From the NCBI GenBank assembly GCA_028823175.1, contig JAPKBZ010000009.1, forward strand, positions 14,049 through 78,048: a DNA stretch of 64,000 nucleotides, given 5' to 3'. Below the pieces are notes generated by a model that was given only the letters and a program-made list of their open reading frames with translations, had not been told where the DNA came from and made no database searches. Made by a program: the position numbers and the translations under genes. This stretch comes from Myxococcota bacterium. GTDB lineage: Bacteria > Myxococcota_A > UBA9160 > UBA4427. Of this stretch, positions 1-9,818 are shown one piece after another; position 1 is the first letter of the stretch; each line of letters starts with the position of its first letter.

Positions 1-1226
1 TGCACCGGGATCCCGAACTCGTCGGCCAGGCCCACGATGACGCCACCCTTCGCGCTGCCGTCGAGCTTGGTCAAGATCAGGCCCGTCACCGTGGTCACCT
101 CGGTGAAGAGACGCGCCTGGGAGATTGCGTTCTGCCCGGTATTCGAATCCAGGACCAGGAGGGTTTCGTGGGGCGCTCCGGGCAGATCGCGCCCCAGCAC
201 CCGGGCGATCTTCCCCAACTCCTCCATCAGCGGCTTCTTGGTCTGGAGCCGGCCGGCGGTGTCGATGATCGCGATATCCGCCTCGGCGGCGATGGCCGCC
301 TTCACGGTATCGAAGGCCACCGCGGCGGGGTCTCCTCCTGACTTTCCGGCGATGACCTCGCAACCCACCCTCTCGCCCCAGATCTGCAACTGGTCGACGG
401 CGGCGGCGCGAAAAGTATCCCCGGCCCCGAGCACCACCTTCTTACCTTCGGCCGCGTAGCGCGCCGCCAGCTTTCCGATGCTCGTGGTCTTCCCCGCCCC
501 GTTGACCCCAAGAACGAGAATCACGTGGGGTCCCTCGGTAAGAGGGGCGGTCTGACGGCCCTCGACCCGGAGCAGTTTTTCCAGAATCGCGTCGTGAAGG
601 ATCTCCCGAACCCCCTCGGCGTCGGCACCCGTCGCCTCCTTCTTGACCCGTTCCAGCAGGGACTCGGCGGTGGCCACTCCCAGATCCGCGGTATAAAGAG
701 CGGCCTCGAGTTCTTCGAGCAGGTCGGCATCAACCTTCCGGCCCCCGAGTATCCCGCCGAGACGACCCACCAGAGTCTCGCTGGTACGCGCCAGGCGGTC
801 GCGGAGAGAAGGCTTGGGCGCCGCTGCGGGTTCGGGCTCGGCGATGAGCGCCGCTGCGGGCTCGGGCTCGGCGATGAGCGCTGCTGCGGGTTCGACCTCG
901 GCGATGGGCGCCGCTGCGGGCTCGCCGGTCACCGCCGCCGCTTGCTCGCTTTCCTCCCCCTTTTTATCGGGAGTCGGCGGCGCGGTCACCGGAAGTTCTT
1001 CTCCGCGCCCAGGCGTCGGCTCCGGCGCGGCTTCGACGAGGGACAGCGCGGACACGGTCGCCGCCTCGGATGCACCGCCGCCCTGGGGAAGCGACCGGCT
1101 GGTGAGTCGCTCGATGACCAGAGCCAGGAGCCCCGGCACGAAAATCAGTCCAAAGACGACGAGGCGAGAGTTCTCACGCAGCCAGGCGAAAAAATCGGGG
1201 GAGAGCCAGAAGAGGTTCGAATCCAT
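1..1226 (-). CDS. ftsY: Signal recognition particle receptor FtsY (3' end lies beyond the left edge of the window)
   Basis: It is absent from the ORF track because it runs off the window. My minus-strand translation gives LVLGVNGAGKTTSIGKLA, IIDTAGRLQ and LTKLDGSAKGG (SRP-GTPase motifs), preceded by an N-terminal hydrophobic segment and an acidic Ala/Glu/Pro-rich A-domain. The ATG is at 1226-1224 and an in-frame upstream stop lies at 1295-1293. Confidence 0.9.
   Translation of the reverse strand, partial: MDSNLFWLSPDFFAWLRENSRLVVFGLIFVPGLLALVIERLTSRSLPQGGGASEAATVSALSLVEAAPEPTPGRGEELPVTAPPTPDKKGEESEQAAAVTGEPAAAPIAEVEPAAALIAEPEPAAALIAEPEPAAAPKPSLRDRLARTSETLVGRLGGILGGRKVDADLLEELEAALYTADLGVATAESLLERVKKEATGADAEGVREILHDAILEKLLRVEGRQTAPLTEGPHVILVLGVNGAGKTTSIGKLAARYAAEGKKVVLGAGDTFRAAAVDQLQIWGERVGCEVIAGKSGGDPAAVAFDTVKAAIAAEADIAIIDTAGRLQTKKPLMEELGKIARVLGRDLPGAPHETLLVLDSNTGQNAISQARLFTEVTTVTGLILTKLDGSAKGGVIVGLADEFGIPV
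818..926. repeat. 30-bp tandem repeat (about 3.6 copies) inside the ftsY A-domain
   Basis: The unit gcgccgctgcgggttcgggctcggcgatga occurs at 818-847, 848-877 and 878-907, with a partial copy at 908-926. It is in frame and encodes (I/L)AE(P/V)EPAAA(L/P) decapeptides. Confidence 0.9.
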
Positions 1227-1315
1227 AGGCGCCGGAGCATAGAGAACGGCCGCGCCGATTCCACTCCATTCGGGACGGCGCCGGGAGTGCGTTCAGCCGG
1301 CCTCCGGGTCGGCGT

Positions 1316-4300
1316 CTAGCTGAGTTCGACGCCCACGAGCTTGCTCACGCCCTTCTGCTCCATGGTGACCCCGTAGAGAACGTCCGCGACCTCGATAGTG
1401 CGCTTATTGTGGGTGATGACCAGGAATTGCGACTGCGCCGCCATATCCGTGATCAAGCCGTTGAAGCGGCCGACATTGGCATCATCCAGCGCGGCATCCA
1501 CCTCGTCGAGCAGGAAGAAGGGCGAGGAGCGCACCTGGAAAATCGCAACCAGCAGGGCCAGAGCGGTCATGGTCTTTTCTCCGCCCGACAGCAGATTCAC
1601 GTTCTGAAGTCGCTTGCCCGGGGGCATGGCCATGATGTCGATCCCCGCCTCAAGAATATCTTCGGCCTCGGTGAGTTGCAGGCTTGCCTTCCCTCCACCG
1701 AAGAGCCGCGGGAAATTTTCGGAGAAATGCGCGCTGACGGCTTCGAAGGTCTCGCGGAATCGCCGCCGGCTCGTCCGATTGATCCGCGCGATGGCGTCGC
1801 GCAAGGATTCGATGGTCTTCTCGAGATCCGCCTTCTGCTCGGAGAGAAATCGGAAACGTTCGGCCAATTCTTCGTGTTCCTCGATCGCCCCCACGTTGAC
1901 CTCGCCCAGGGATTCCAGCGCTTTCTGCACCGTGGCGAGTTCGCCCTCCCGTGTCTCCTTGGGAGCGCGCGCCAATTCGGCGTTCTGCCGGGCCTCGCGC
2001 ACGGCGCTGGCGCTCTCGCTCGCCCTCAGCGGCGGTTCGGCTTCCTCTTCTTCCCCAGCTTCCCCAGCTTCGCTCGCCACCGCGCCCTCGGCGCTGGCCC
2101 GCAAGCGAGCGGCCACCTCGGCCTCGGCTGCGGCTGCGGAGGCCTCACCGGCCGCCTCGCCCGGAGTCTCTTCAAGAGGAGGCAACTCCCAGATAGCCAG
2201 GTCCACGCTCCAGCGATCGCGGATATGCTCGGCCTGGTGATCCAGACGAAGCTCGGTCTCCCGCAACTGGAAATCGGCCTCCGTCGACTGCTCCTGGCGG
2301 CCCGACAAATCGGTTCGCAACTCGCGCAGTCCCTCATCGAATTCGCGAACCGCCTGGGATTCGCGCTCGTAGCCATCGCGGGTGGCGTCGTTCTCGACCC
2401 GCGCGTGCTCTTCGGCAATCAATTGTTCCTCGAGCCCTCGCTTGGCCTGCCCCCGCTCGGCCTCGAGTTCTTCGATCCGGCCAAGCCCCGACTGAATTTC
2501 TTCCTCCCGGCGGCTGATCCACTCAGCGGTCTCCCGGGTCGAACCGTCGAAGCGCGAGACCTGCTCGTGTAAGCGGTCGCGGCCCTCGATGCGGTTGTTG
2601 TGGGCGACCCTCAACTCGGTGAGCCGAGTCTGCCGACGGCTCAATTCACGGCCGAGGGAGCCGATCCGAAGCCCCAGAGTATCGAAGGCGGACTGTCGCT
2701 GGCCGCGCTCTTCGCTCCACGCTTCGAGCTGACCCTGGAGAGCGACCTGCTCCTCCGCCAAGGACTGGGATTCGGCCAACAGATCGGCACGCTCGGCAAT
2801 TCGACTCTCCCGGGCCTCACCCAGGGCCTTGCCCCGCTCCGAGACGCGCTCCAGGTCTTTCTCCTGAGTCGCCACCGCCATCGCCGCGGTGTGCTGGCGA
2901 CTGCGCATATTGTCGAGTTCCTGGCTGGCGGATTCGAGCCCTACCATCGCGCTGGCGTGGGCGGATTCGAATTGCTTGACCTCCAGGGAAAGGCGCTCGA
3001 CCTCGGCCTGCAACTCGCGGACCTCGCTCTGGCGTGCCATGGAGCCTCCCGCTCCGGCCCCACCACCACCGCAGACCACCCCGGTCGGCGTAATTAGGTC
3101 ACCCTCGAGGGTCACGAAAGTCGCCGGTAGGCTGGTACTGCGGTAACGATCCAGGGGTTCGGACAGGCTATCGACGAGATAGACATCGCCGAGCAGACGC
3201 TGGGCCAGGCCCTCGTGGCCCGGCCGGGCCTCGACGCATTCGAGGATCGGCTCGCCCATGGGGACGATGCCCGTGACCGGGGCCTCGGAGGTTTCCAGCA
3301 GAAAAACGCCCCGGCCCGCCTGCGACGCGCGCAGGCTCGAGAGGGCGTCGACCACCCGGGCTCCGTCCTCGAGCACAAGGGCATCGGCCCGCTCGGCGAG
3401 CACGGCTCCGACGGCTTTCACCGCGTGGGCCTCCACATCGAGCAGTTCCCGCACCAGCCCGCGAATCCCGAAGCGGCTTGCCGCTTCGTCGCCCTGCTCC
3501 AGCAGGTGCCGGGTGCCCGGCCCCAGATCCTCGCGATTCGCCAACAACTCGGTCAAAGACGAGAGTCGCGCGCCTCGCGCCCCGAGCTGCTCCCGACGCT
3601 GCTGGAGTTCGCCGGTGACCTCGGCGAGCTTCTCCGTCGCCCGCTCGTGGTGACGCATGGCCACGATCAGCTGCTCCTGGAAGCGCTCGTGTTCGGTCAG
3701 CAAGCTGCGCAGGTTTTGCTCGAGCTCGTTCTCTTCGCCGACCAGCTCCCGGGCCGCGCTCTGCTGCTCCTCGTAGTCGCGATCGGCCGAACGCAGGCGC
3801 TGGTCGATGGCGGCGTGCCGATCGGCGAGCACGGTAATTCGGTCCTCGCCCCGAGCCACAGAGGTGAGAACCCCCACCAGCGACTGGTTCGCGGAGTCGC
3901 GCTCGAGCTCGGCGGCGTTCAGCTCTTCCTGGGCTCCGGCGACCTCGGACTCCGCCACATCGACCGTGGCCTGCTGCCCCTGGACGGCCGCCGCGAGTTG
4001 GTCGAGCTCCTGACGAGCCTCGACCGCTTCGGCCTCAACCTGGGTGAGCTGCTCGCGCAACTGGCCGAGTTCACGGCGACGCCCGTCGTTGCTTTCCGAA
4101 ATATTTTCGCCCTCTCGTTGACCGAGTTCGATCTGGCCCTCGAGGTTCTTGATTTCGCTGCGCAAGGCGTAGAGCCGTTCAGACCCCTGGCTCACCGCCT
4201 TCTCGGCCTCGGTGAGACCAATGCGTTTTTCCTCAAGAGCGAGCTCGCGCTCGGCGAGACGCGTCGAAAGCGCGGTGACCTCGTCGCGGAGCTGTCCGAC

Positions 4301-5050
4301 CCGGCCCCGGGCCTGCTCTGTCCCCTCGAGCAACTCGTTCCGCTCGTCCCGGGCCAGAGAGAGTTCGAGGATCCGCTGGGTTTCTTTGAAGCGCTTGTAG
4401 CGCGCGGCCTTTCGAGCCTGACGCTCGAGAGAGCTGATCTGGCGGCGGATCTCGCCGAGAATATCGTTGACCCGGTCGAGATTCTGCTCCGTCGACTTGA
4501 TCTTGCTCTCCGACTCCCGGCGGCGAGCCTTGTATTTTGTGATCCCGGCCGCTTCCTCGATCAACAGCCGTCGCTCGTCCGCCTTCGCGGAAACGATCTC
4601 GGCCACCCTGCCCTGCTCGACGATCGTATATCCCTTGGCCCCGACCCCGCTATCCCGAAAGAAGTCGTTGATGTCCTTGAGCCGGACGGGGGCCTTGTTG
4701 ATCAGATACTCCGACTCGCCGGACCGATAGAGCCGTCGGCAGATCTCGATCTCGCTGTAATCCGCGTAATCCGCAGGAGCCTTGCCCTGGTTGTTCTCAA
4801 AGCTGAGAACGACCTCGGCCATGCCGATGGGGGGCCGATTGGACGAGCCGCCAAAGATGACGTCCTCCATGGTCTTGCCACGCAAGCGCCGGGCCGACTG
4901 CTCGCCCATGACCCACCGGACAGCATCGGCCACATTGGACTTACCGCACCCGTTCGGTCCTACGACCGCGGTGATGCCGTCCTTGAAGGTGAAGGTCGTC
5001 CGATCGACGAACGACTTGAAACCCTGAAGCTGAAGTGACTTGATTCGCAA
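1316..5050 (-). CDS. smc: Chromosome partition protein Smc
   Basis: 1244-aa ORF. The N-terminus reads MRIKSLQLQGFKSFVDRTTFTF..GPNGCGKSNVADAVRWV (Walker A). It has long coiled coils, a hinge, and a C-terminal LSGGEKTMTALALL..FFLLDEVDAALD (signature and Walker B). The start codon is TTG at 5050. Confidence 0.97.
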   Translation of the reverse strand: MRIKSLQLQGFKSFVDRTTFTFKDGITAVVGPNGCGKSNVADAVRWVMGEQSARRLRGKTMEDVIFGGSSNRPPIGMAEVVLSFENNQGKAPADYADYSEIEICRRLYRSGESEYLINKAPVRLKDINDFFRDSGVGAKGYTIVEQGRVAEIVSAKADERRLLIEEAAGITKYKARRRESESKIKSTEQNLDRVNDILGEIRRQISSLERQARKAARYKRFKETQRILELSLARDERNELLEGTEQARGRVGQLRDEVTALSTRLAERELALEEKRIGLTEAEKAVSQGSERLYALRSEIKNLEGQIELGQREGENISESNDGRRRELGQLREQLTQVEAEAVEARQELDQLAAAVQGQQATVDVAESEVAGAQEELNAAELERDSANQSLVGVLTSVARGEDRITVLADRHAAIDQRLRSADRDYEEQQSAARELVGEENELEQNLRSLLTEHERFQEQLIVAMRHHERATEKLAEVTGELQQRREQLGARGARLSSLTELLANREDLGPGTRHLLEQGDEAASRFGIRGLVRELLDVEAHAVKAVGAVLAERADALVLEDGARVVDALSSLRASQAGRGVFLLETSEAPVTGIVPMGEPILECVEARPGHEGLAQRLLGDVYLVDSLSEPLDRYRSTSLPATFVTLEGDLITPTGVVCGGGGAGAGGSMARQSEVRELQAEVERLSLEVKQFESAHASAMVGLESASQELDNMRSRQHTAAMAVATQEKDLERVSERGKALGEARESRIAERADLLAESQSLAEEQVALQGQLEAWSEERGQRQSAFDTLGLRIGSLGRELSRRQTRLTELRVAHNNRIEGRDRLHEQVSRFDGSTRETAEWISRREEEIQSGLGRIEELEAERGQAKRGLEEQLIAEEHARVENDATRDGYERESQAVREFDEGLRELRTDLSGRQEQSTEADFQLRETELRLDHQAEHIRDRWSVDLAIWELPPLEETPGEAAGEASAAAAEAEVAARLRASAEGAVASEAGEAGEEEEAEPPLRASESASAVREARQNAELARAPKETREGELATVQKALESLGEVNVGAIEEHEELAERFRFLSEQKADLEKTIESLRDAIARINRTSRRRFRETFEAVSAHFSENFPRLFGGGKASLQLTEAEDILEAGIDIMAMPPGKRLQNVNLLSGGEKTMTALALLVAIFQVRSSPFFLLDEVDAALDDANVGRFNGLITDMAAQSQFLVITHNKRTIEVADVLYGVTMEQKGVSKLVGVELS

Positions 5051-5287
5051 CGATTCCTCGATTAATCGATTTGGAGATTACTGAGCGACGAAAAGCAACC
5101 TCGCTGGAACCTACCCTCGCTCGCCTGAACCGTCCCTGGGGGATTTATGTGCCGACTACGGGGGGCCGACGCGATCAATGTGGGAGGAGAACTCTGAGTT
5201 CCGAATGAATGGGATCAGTACGGGGGGGTATCCTCTAAGTACCACTTTTGGCGGGGCGATCGCAAGCGGATTGCGGGCCTTTCGCCT

Positions 5288-5312
5288 CCCCGGGAGTAAT
5301 TTGGTCCCGGGG
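5288..5312 (-). terminator. GC hairpin 11 nt downstream of the ABC exporter stop codon
   Basis: CCCCGGG (5288-5294) pairs with CCCGGGG (5306-5312) across an 11-nt loop. There is no U-tract, so this may be an intrinsic-like or processing hairpin. Confidence 0.3.
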
Positions 5313-5322
5313 CATTTCGGGT

Positions 5323-7173
5323 TCAACCCGCGGGCTGGGCCTCGGCATTCGCGCGCTCGAGCTTGGCCTGGAGCGAAAAGAGGCGGCTGTAGGCGCCCCC
5401 GCGGGCGACTAATTCCGTGTGGCCCCCCGACTCCAGCAATTGTCCCTGGCCCAGCACGTAGATGCGGTCCACATCGCGGATGGTCGAGAGCCGGTGGGCG
5501 ATCGCGATCGCAGTTTTGTCGCGCATCAGGGCGTGGATCCCGTTCTGGATCATGGCCTCGGTCTCGCTGTCGATGGAACTCGTCGCCTCGTCCAAGACCA
5601 GAATCTGGGCCCCGTGGGCCAGGGCGCGGGCGAAGGAGAGCAGCTGACGCTGGCCCGCAGAAAGATTTGTCCCCCGCTCGCGAATTTCCGTCGCGTAGCC
5701 CTCGGGCATGCGCTCGATAAACGGATGCGCCTCCACCGCCCGGGCGGCGCGCTCGATCTGCGCCACACCGATATCGCTTCGGCCGAGGCTGATATTATCG
5801 CTCACCGACCCGCTAAATAGAAAAACGTCCTGAAGCACCGTCGCGACTCGGCGCCTGAGTTCACGTTGGGGCATCTCTCGCACGTCGACGCCATCGACCA
5901 GAACGCGACCTCGGGTGGCCTCGTAGAAGCGCGAGAGCAGGTTGATCACCGTGGTTTTCCCCGCCCCCGTTGCGCCCACGAACGCGATTCGAGCCCCGGG
6001 TTCGACCTTGAAGGAGAGATCCTTCAATACCCAGTCCTCCTCATTGTAGGCGAACCAGACCCCGTCGAACTCAACGGATCCACGACTTTCAGCCAGGGGA
6101 GGCGCGTCTTCGACGGGTTCCGGGTCGACGATCGGCACCTCGGTCTGGAGCAGCTGAAAAATTCGTTCGCTGCTCGCCATGGACGATTGCATCACCGAAT
6201 ACTTCGCGGAGAGATCTTGCAGGGGACGTAGAAAACGGCGCATATAATCGATGAACTGGTAGAGAACGCCGGCTTCGACCAGGCCGGTCCCGACCCAGAC
6301 GATCACCGCGATGGTTACCCCCCCGACCATCTCGACCAAGGCGAAGAGCAGCGCGTCGTAGCGAATCGACTGATTCCAGGCATCCCGGTGATCCGCGTTC
6401 ATGCGATCAAATTCCCGCATATTGCGCGCTTCCCGGGTAAAGAGCTGCACCACCTTCATGCCCGTGATGGTTTCCTGGATATGCGCGTTGATGCGGGCGA
6501 TTCGTACCCTGACCGCTCTGAAGGCCTCGCGTACCTTTAACCTGAAAACCACCGCGGCCACGGCTAGGAAGGGGATGACGGCGAATGTTGCCAGGGCAAG
6601 CTTCGGATTGAGATAGAAGAGCACCGCCGCGAAGCCGACCATCTTGAAGACATCGGTAATCAGCGCCACCACTCCGGCGCTGAACATCTCGGTTACGTTC
6701 TCGACATCGTTGGTGGCCCGGGTCACCAGACGGCCGACCGGGTAATTGTCGAAGAAACCCATGTCGAGTTTCTGGATTTTGTCGAAGACCGCCTTTCGAA
6801 CGTCGCGCATGGCCGACTGACCGGTCACCGACATCAACAGCATGTGGGCGAACTGCAAACCCATGCTCACCAGGGCGACGCCCAGGTAGAGGAGCGCCAG
6901 CCACGCCAGGGTCGACAAGCCCATGGGCGGGTCAAAAACCCAGCGCGTCCACGGCCCCGCAGCCCCTTCGGCCGTGTCCGGCTGGAACGTGTAGTCGAGA
7001 CCCGTCTTGATGATCCAGGCCGGAGCGAGTTCCGCCAAGAAGATCGGAACGACCATGAGCAGGGTGAGAGCGACCTGCCAGCGGTAGGGCGAGACATAAC
7101 GCCAGAGAAGCACGAGCAGGCGCGTATCATACGCCTTGCCCAGAGCCTCTTCCTCGTGGAAGGCGTCGCTCAT
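5323..7173 (-). CDS. ABC exporter, fused permease/ATPase (MsbA/MdlB-like half transporter)
   Basis: 616 aa. The N-terminal half has 6 transmembrane helices. The C-terminal half has GATGAGKTT (Walker A), LSAGQRQLLSFARAL (signature) and ILVLDEATS (Walker B). It overlaps the upstream partner gene by 4 nt. Confidence 0.93.
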   Translation of the reverse strand: MSDAFHEEEALGKAYDTRLLVLLWRYVSPYRWQVALTLLMVVPIFLAELAPAWIIKTGLDYTFQPDTAEGAAGPWTRWVFDPPMGLSTLAWLALLYLGVALVSMGLQFAHMLLMSVTGQSAMRDVRKAVFDKIQKLDMGFFDNYPVGRLVTRATNDVENVTEMFSAGVVALITDVFKMVGFAAVLFYLNPKLALATFAVIPFLAVAAVVFRLKVREAFRAVRVRIARINAHIQETITGMKVVQLFTREARNMREFDRMNADHRDAWNQSIRYDALLFALVEMVGGVTIAVIVWVGTGLVEAGVLYQFIDYMRRFLRPLQDLSAKYSVMQSSMASSERIFQLLQTEVPIVDPEPVEDAPPLAESRGSVEFDGVWFAYNEEDWVLKDLSFKVEPGARIAFVGATGAGKTTVINLLSRFYEATRGRVLVDGVDVREMPQRELRRRVATVLQDVFLFSGSVSDNISLGRSDIGVAQIERAARAVEAHPFIERMPEGYATEIRERGTNLSAGQRQLLSFARALAHGAQILVLDEATSSIDSETEAMIQNGIHALMRDKTAIAIAHRLSTIRDVDRIYVLGQGQLLESGGHTELVARGGAYSRLFSLQAKLERANAEAQPAG

Positions 7174-9023
7174 AACGCCGCCCCGCCCTCGTTTTCGAGG
7201 CTTCCCTCTGCCAGGTCGGCCTTGACCCGGCGGACCCTTTCCGAAGCGGCCTGTTCGCTGGCCAGGCGCCAGTAGAGCCCTCCCCGGGCCACCAATTCCT
7301 CGTGCCGGCCGAGTTCGACGACTCGCCCGGAGTCGAGGACAGCGATCTGATCACACGCCCGAACGCTAGTCACCCGGGAAGCCACCATGACAACGGTTCG
7401 GCCTTCGAAGACCTTGGTCAGCTCCGATTGAATCGCCGCCTCGGTTTCGGCGTCCACCGCGGAGAGCGTATCGTCCAGGATCAGGATGCTGGGTCGCAGG
7501 GCCAGGGCTCGGGCCAGGGCCGCGCGCTGACGCTGCCCCCCCGAGAGCATCACTCCCCGCTCGCCCACCAGGGTGTCGAAGCCCTGGGGCAATTCGTGAA
7601 TATCTTTCGCGAGTTGGGCCATCTCCGCCGCTTCCCGTATCGGCCCGTCGCCGGTTTCCGGGGGCAGCCCGTAGGCGATATTATCCGAGAGCCGGGTCGA
7701 AAAGAGGAAGGAATCCTGGGGGACCATGGCAATACTCGAGCGGAGCACTTGCAGCGGCAACCGATTGATCTCAATCCCATCGAGGAAGAGCTGACCATCC
7801 GCCACCTCGTAGAGCCGCGGAATCACAGAGGCGAGAGTTGTCTTGCCCGACCCGACGCTGCCCACCACGCCCAGGGTCGACCCGGCCGGAACATGAATCC
7901 GTATATCCTCGAGGGCGGGCGCGGCATCGCTCTCGTCGTAGCGAAAATTCAGGCCCCTGAACTCGATCTCCCCCTGCAGAGATTCCACCGATTCGATCGT
8001 GTCATGGTCCCGAATCGAGGGCTCCACCGAGAGCACCTCATCAATCCGCTGCATGGCGGCCGATCCCCGCTGGACCAGCGCCACCACCCAGCCCATGATG
8101 AAGGTCGGGAAGGTCAGATCCCAGATATACATTGCGAAGGTGAAGAACTCCGCGACCCCCATCTCACCCCGACTGATGGAGCCGCCGCCCACCATCAGCA
8201 CCACCCACATCGCCACCGCGGGCAGCATGCCCGTAATGGTCGGCATCGCGCCGTTGATGCGGATCAGGCGCAGGGAACGACGGTAGAGTTCGTTGTTGAT
8301 TTTTTCGAAACGGCTCGCCTGCTCCTCCTCCATCGAATAGGCCTTGACGACGGCGATCCCCGAGACGACTTCCTGCACCTGGTTCGACAGGTCGGCCAGC
8401 CCGACCTGAACAGCGAGGCTCCGGTTATAGAGCGCCGTCCCAAAAACTCGGGCGATCAAGATGAAAAGCGGATAGGGGAGAAGAACCAGTATGGCTAGGG
8501 TCGGATCGAGGTAGAACATGGCGGACAGAACCCCGATAAAGAGCACGGGGGTCTGGACCACCGAAAGCAGGCCCGGTCCGAGCATGAGCCGAACAGCGTT
8601 CAAGTCGTTCACGCAGCGGCTCATAAGATCGCCCGTACGCCAGTTAAAGTAGAAGGACTGGGGTAGGCGCTGGAGATGGGCAAAGAGGTCGTTGCGTATC
8701 TCGTACTCGATCTCGCGTGCCGCGGTGAACACCAGCAGCCGAGAGAAGAAGCGCAGCGCCCCGCGTGCCACCGCCACGGCGAGGAGGGCGACAAAGCGCC
8801 ACCGCAACTCTTCGGGCGGAACATCGGGGTCCATAGCCCCCTGGATCGACCACCCCACGAGCATCGGGAAAGCCACGAAGGCCGCGACATAGGCCAGGGT
8901 GATGAGCGCCCAGCCCGTATAGTAGAGGGAGTTTTGGAGCAAATACGCCGAGAGACGGCGCAGAGCATGCCTCACCGGGCTCTCCCCGGCCTGGGCGGCC
9001 GAAAGCACGGGGGCCGCGCTCAT
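7170..9023 (-). CDS. ABC exporter, fused permease/ATPase (heterodimer partner)
   Basis: 617 aa with GSVGSGKTT, LSGGQRQRAALARAL and ILILDDTLS motifs. It is translationally coupled to the genes on both sides. Confidence 0.93.
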   Translation of the reverse strand: MSAAPVLSAAQAGESPVRHALRRLSAYLLQNSLYYTGWALITLAYVAAFVAFPMLVGWSIQGAMDPDVPPEELRWRFVALLAVAVARGALRFFSRLLVFTAAREIEYEIRNDLFAHLQRLPQSFYFNWRTGDLMSRCVNDLNAVRLMLGPGLLSVVQTPVLFIGVLSAMFYLDPTLAILVLLPYPLFILIARVFGTALYNRSLAVQVGLADLSNQVQEVVSGIAVVKAYSMEEEQASRFEKINNELYRRSLRLIRINGAMPTITGMLPAVAMWVVLMVGGGSISRGEMGVAEFFTFAMYIWDLTFPTFIMGWVVALVQRGSAAMQRIDEVLSVEPSIRDHDTIESVESLQGEIEFRGLNFRYDESDAAPALEDIRIHVPAGSTLGVVGSVGSGKTTLASVIPRLYEVADGQLFLDGIEINRLPLQVLRSSIAMVPQDSFLFSTRLSDNIAYGLPPETGDGPIREAAEMAQLAKDIHELPQGFDTLVGERGVMLSGGQRQRAALARALALRPSILILDDTLSAVDAETEAAIQSELTKVFEGRTVVMVASRVTSVRACDQIAVLDSGRVVELGRHEELVARGGLYWRLASEQAASERVRRVKADLAEGSLENEGGAAL

Positions 9024-9733
9024 CTTCGAACCCAGCGCGCGATTCGCTCTCGCTTCACGCCGATCCGCCAGGCGACCAGGGCCACGGCGTTGCGGAAGAG
9101 CGTGCCCACGACCCCCTGCTGGCGGTAGCGGCGGGCCGAGGTCAGGGCGTAGGGCGCCAGGGCCACCACCCGGCCATGACGATTCATCTCCCGCACGAGC
9201 TCGAGATCCTCCATCAAGCTCACCTCGGGCACGCCCCCGATCTCCTCGAGCAGCGATCGGCGTACAAAAATGGCCTGGTCTCCGTAGGGCAGCGAGAAGA
9301 GCCAGACCCGTAGGCGAACGATGAGTTCCACCACGCGAAATCCGAGACCGGAGGCCTCGAATCGGAGACGAAAGGCCCCGCCCACCACTCCCGGACTGGC
9401 CAGGGCCTCGCGGAGGCTGACCTCCCAGCCGTCCCCCAGCCGGGTATCGGCATGCAGGAAAACCACGACCTCAGCGGTGCTGGCGCGCCACCCCGCCTCC
9501 AATTGTCGGGCACGGCCCCGGGCGGCCACCAGCACTCGGGCGCCGGCTCGGCGTGCAAGTTCGACTGTGGCATCCTGGCTCCCCGCATCGACAACCAGGA
9601 TCTCGGGTCCCGGATCGGCCGCCGCATTCGCAGATCTCACGGCATGGCCCGGCCCTCGGGGCAATACGCTCGCGATGGTACCCGATATTCGCTCTGCCTC
9701 GTCGAGTGCGGGGATGACCACGGCGATCTGCAC
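9020..9733 (-). CDS. Family 2 glycosyltransferase (small GT-A type)
   Basis: 237 aa. The sequence IAVVIPALDEAERI..VVDAGSQDAT..FLHADT..PYGDQAIF is typical of small GT2 enzymes. The start is GTG at 9733. It overlaps the ABC gene by 4 nt. Confidence 0.8.
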   Translation of the reverse strand: MQIAVVIPALDEAERISGTIASVLPRGPGHAVRSANAAADPGPEILVVDAGSQDATVELARRAGARVLVAARGRARQLEAGWRASTAEVVVFLHADTRLGDGWEVSLREALASPGVVGGAFRLRFEASGLGFRVVELIVRLRVWLFSLPYGDQAIFVRRSLLEEIGGVPEVSLMEDLELVREMNRHGRVVALAPYALTSARRYRQQGVVGTLFRNAVALVAWRIGVKRERIARWVRR

Positions 9734-9818
9734 CCGCTGACCTTAGCACGCCAAAACTTGCGATTTAAAGCGGCCCCTGACGATTGACGCCCCGTGTCCC
9801 GTTCCCTATTCCATTCGC

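Noticed and set aside
9784-9812. A possible promoter, TTGACG-17-TATTCC, in the divergent GT2/purM spacer. It would make purM a leaderless mRNA starting at its GTG.
   Set aside because: The -10 hexamer is weak. Efficient leaderless translation normally needs AUG rather than GUG. The evidence is too thin to report as a feature.
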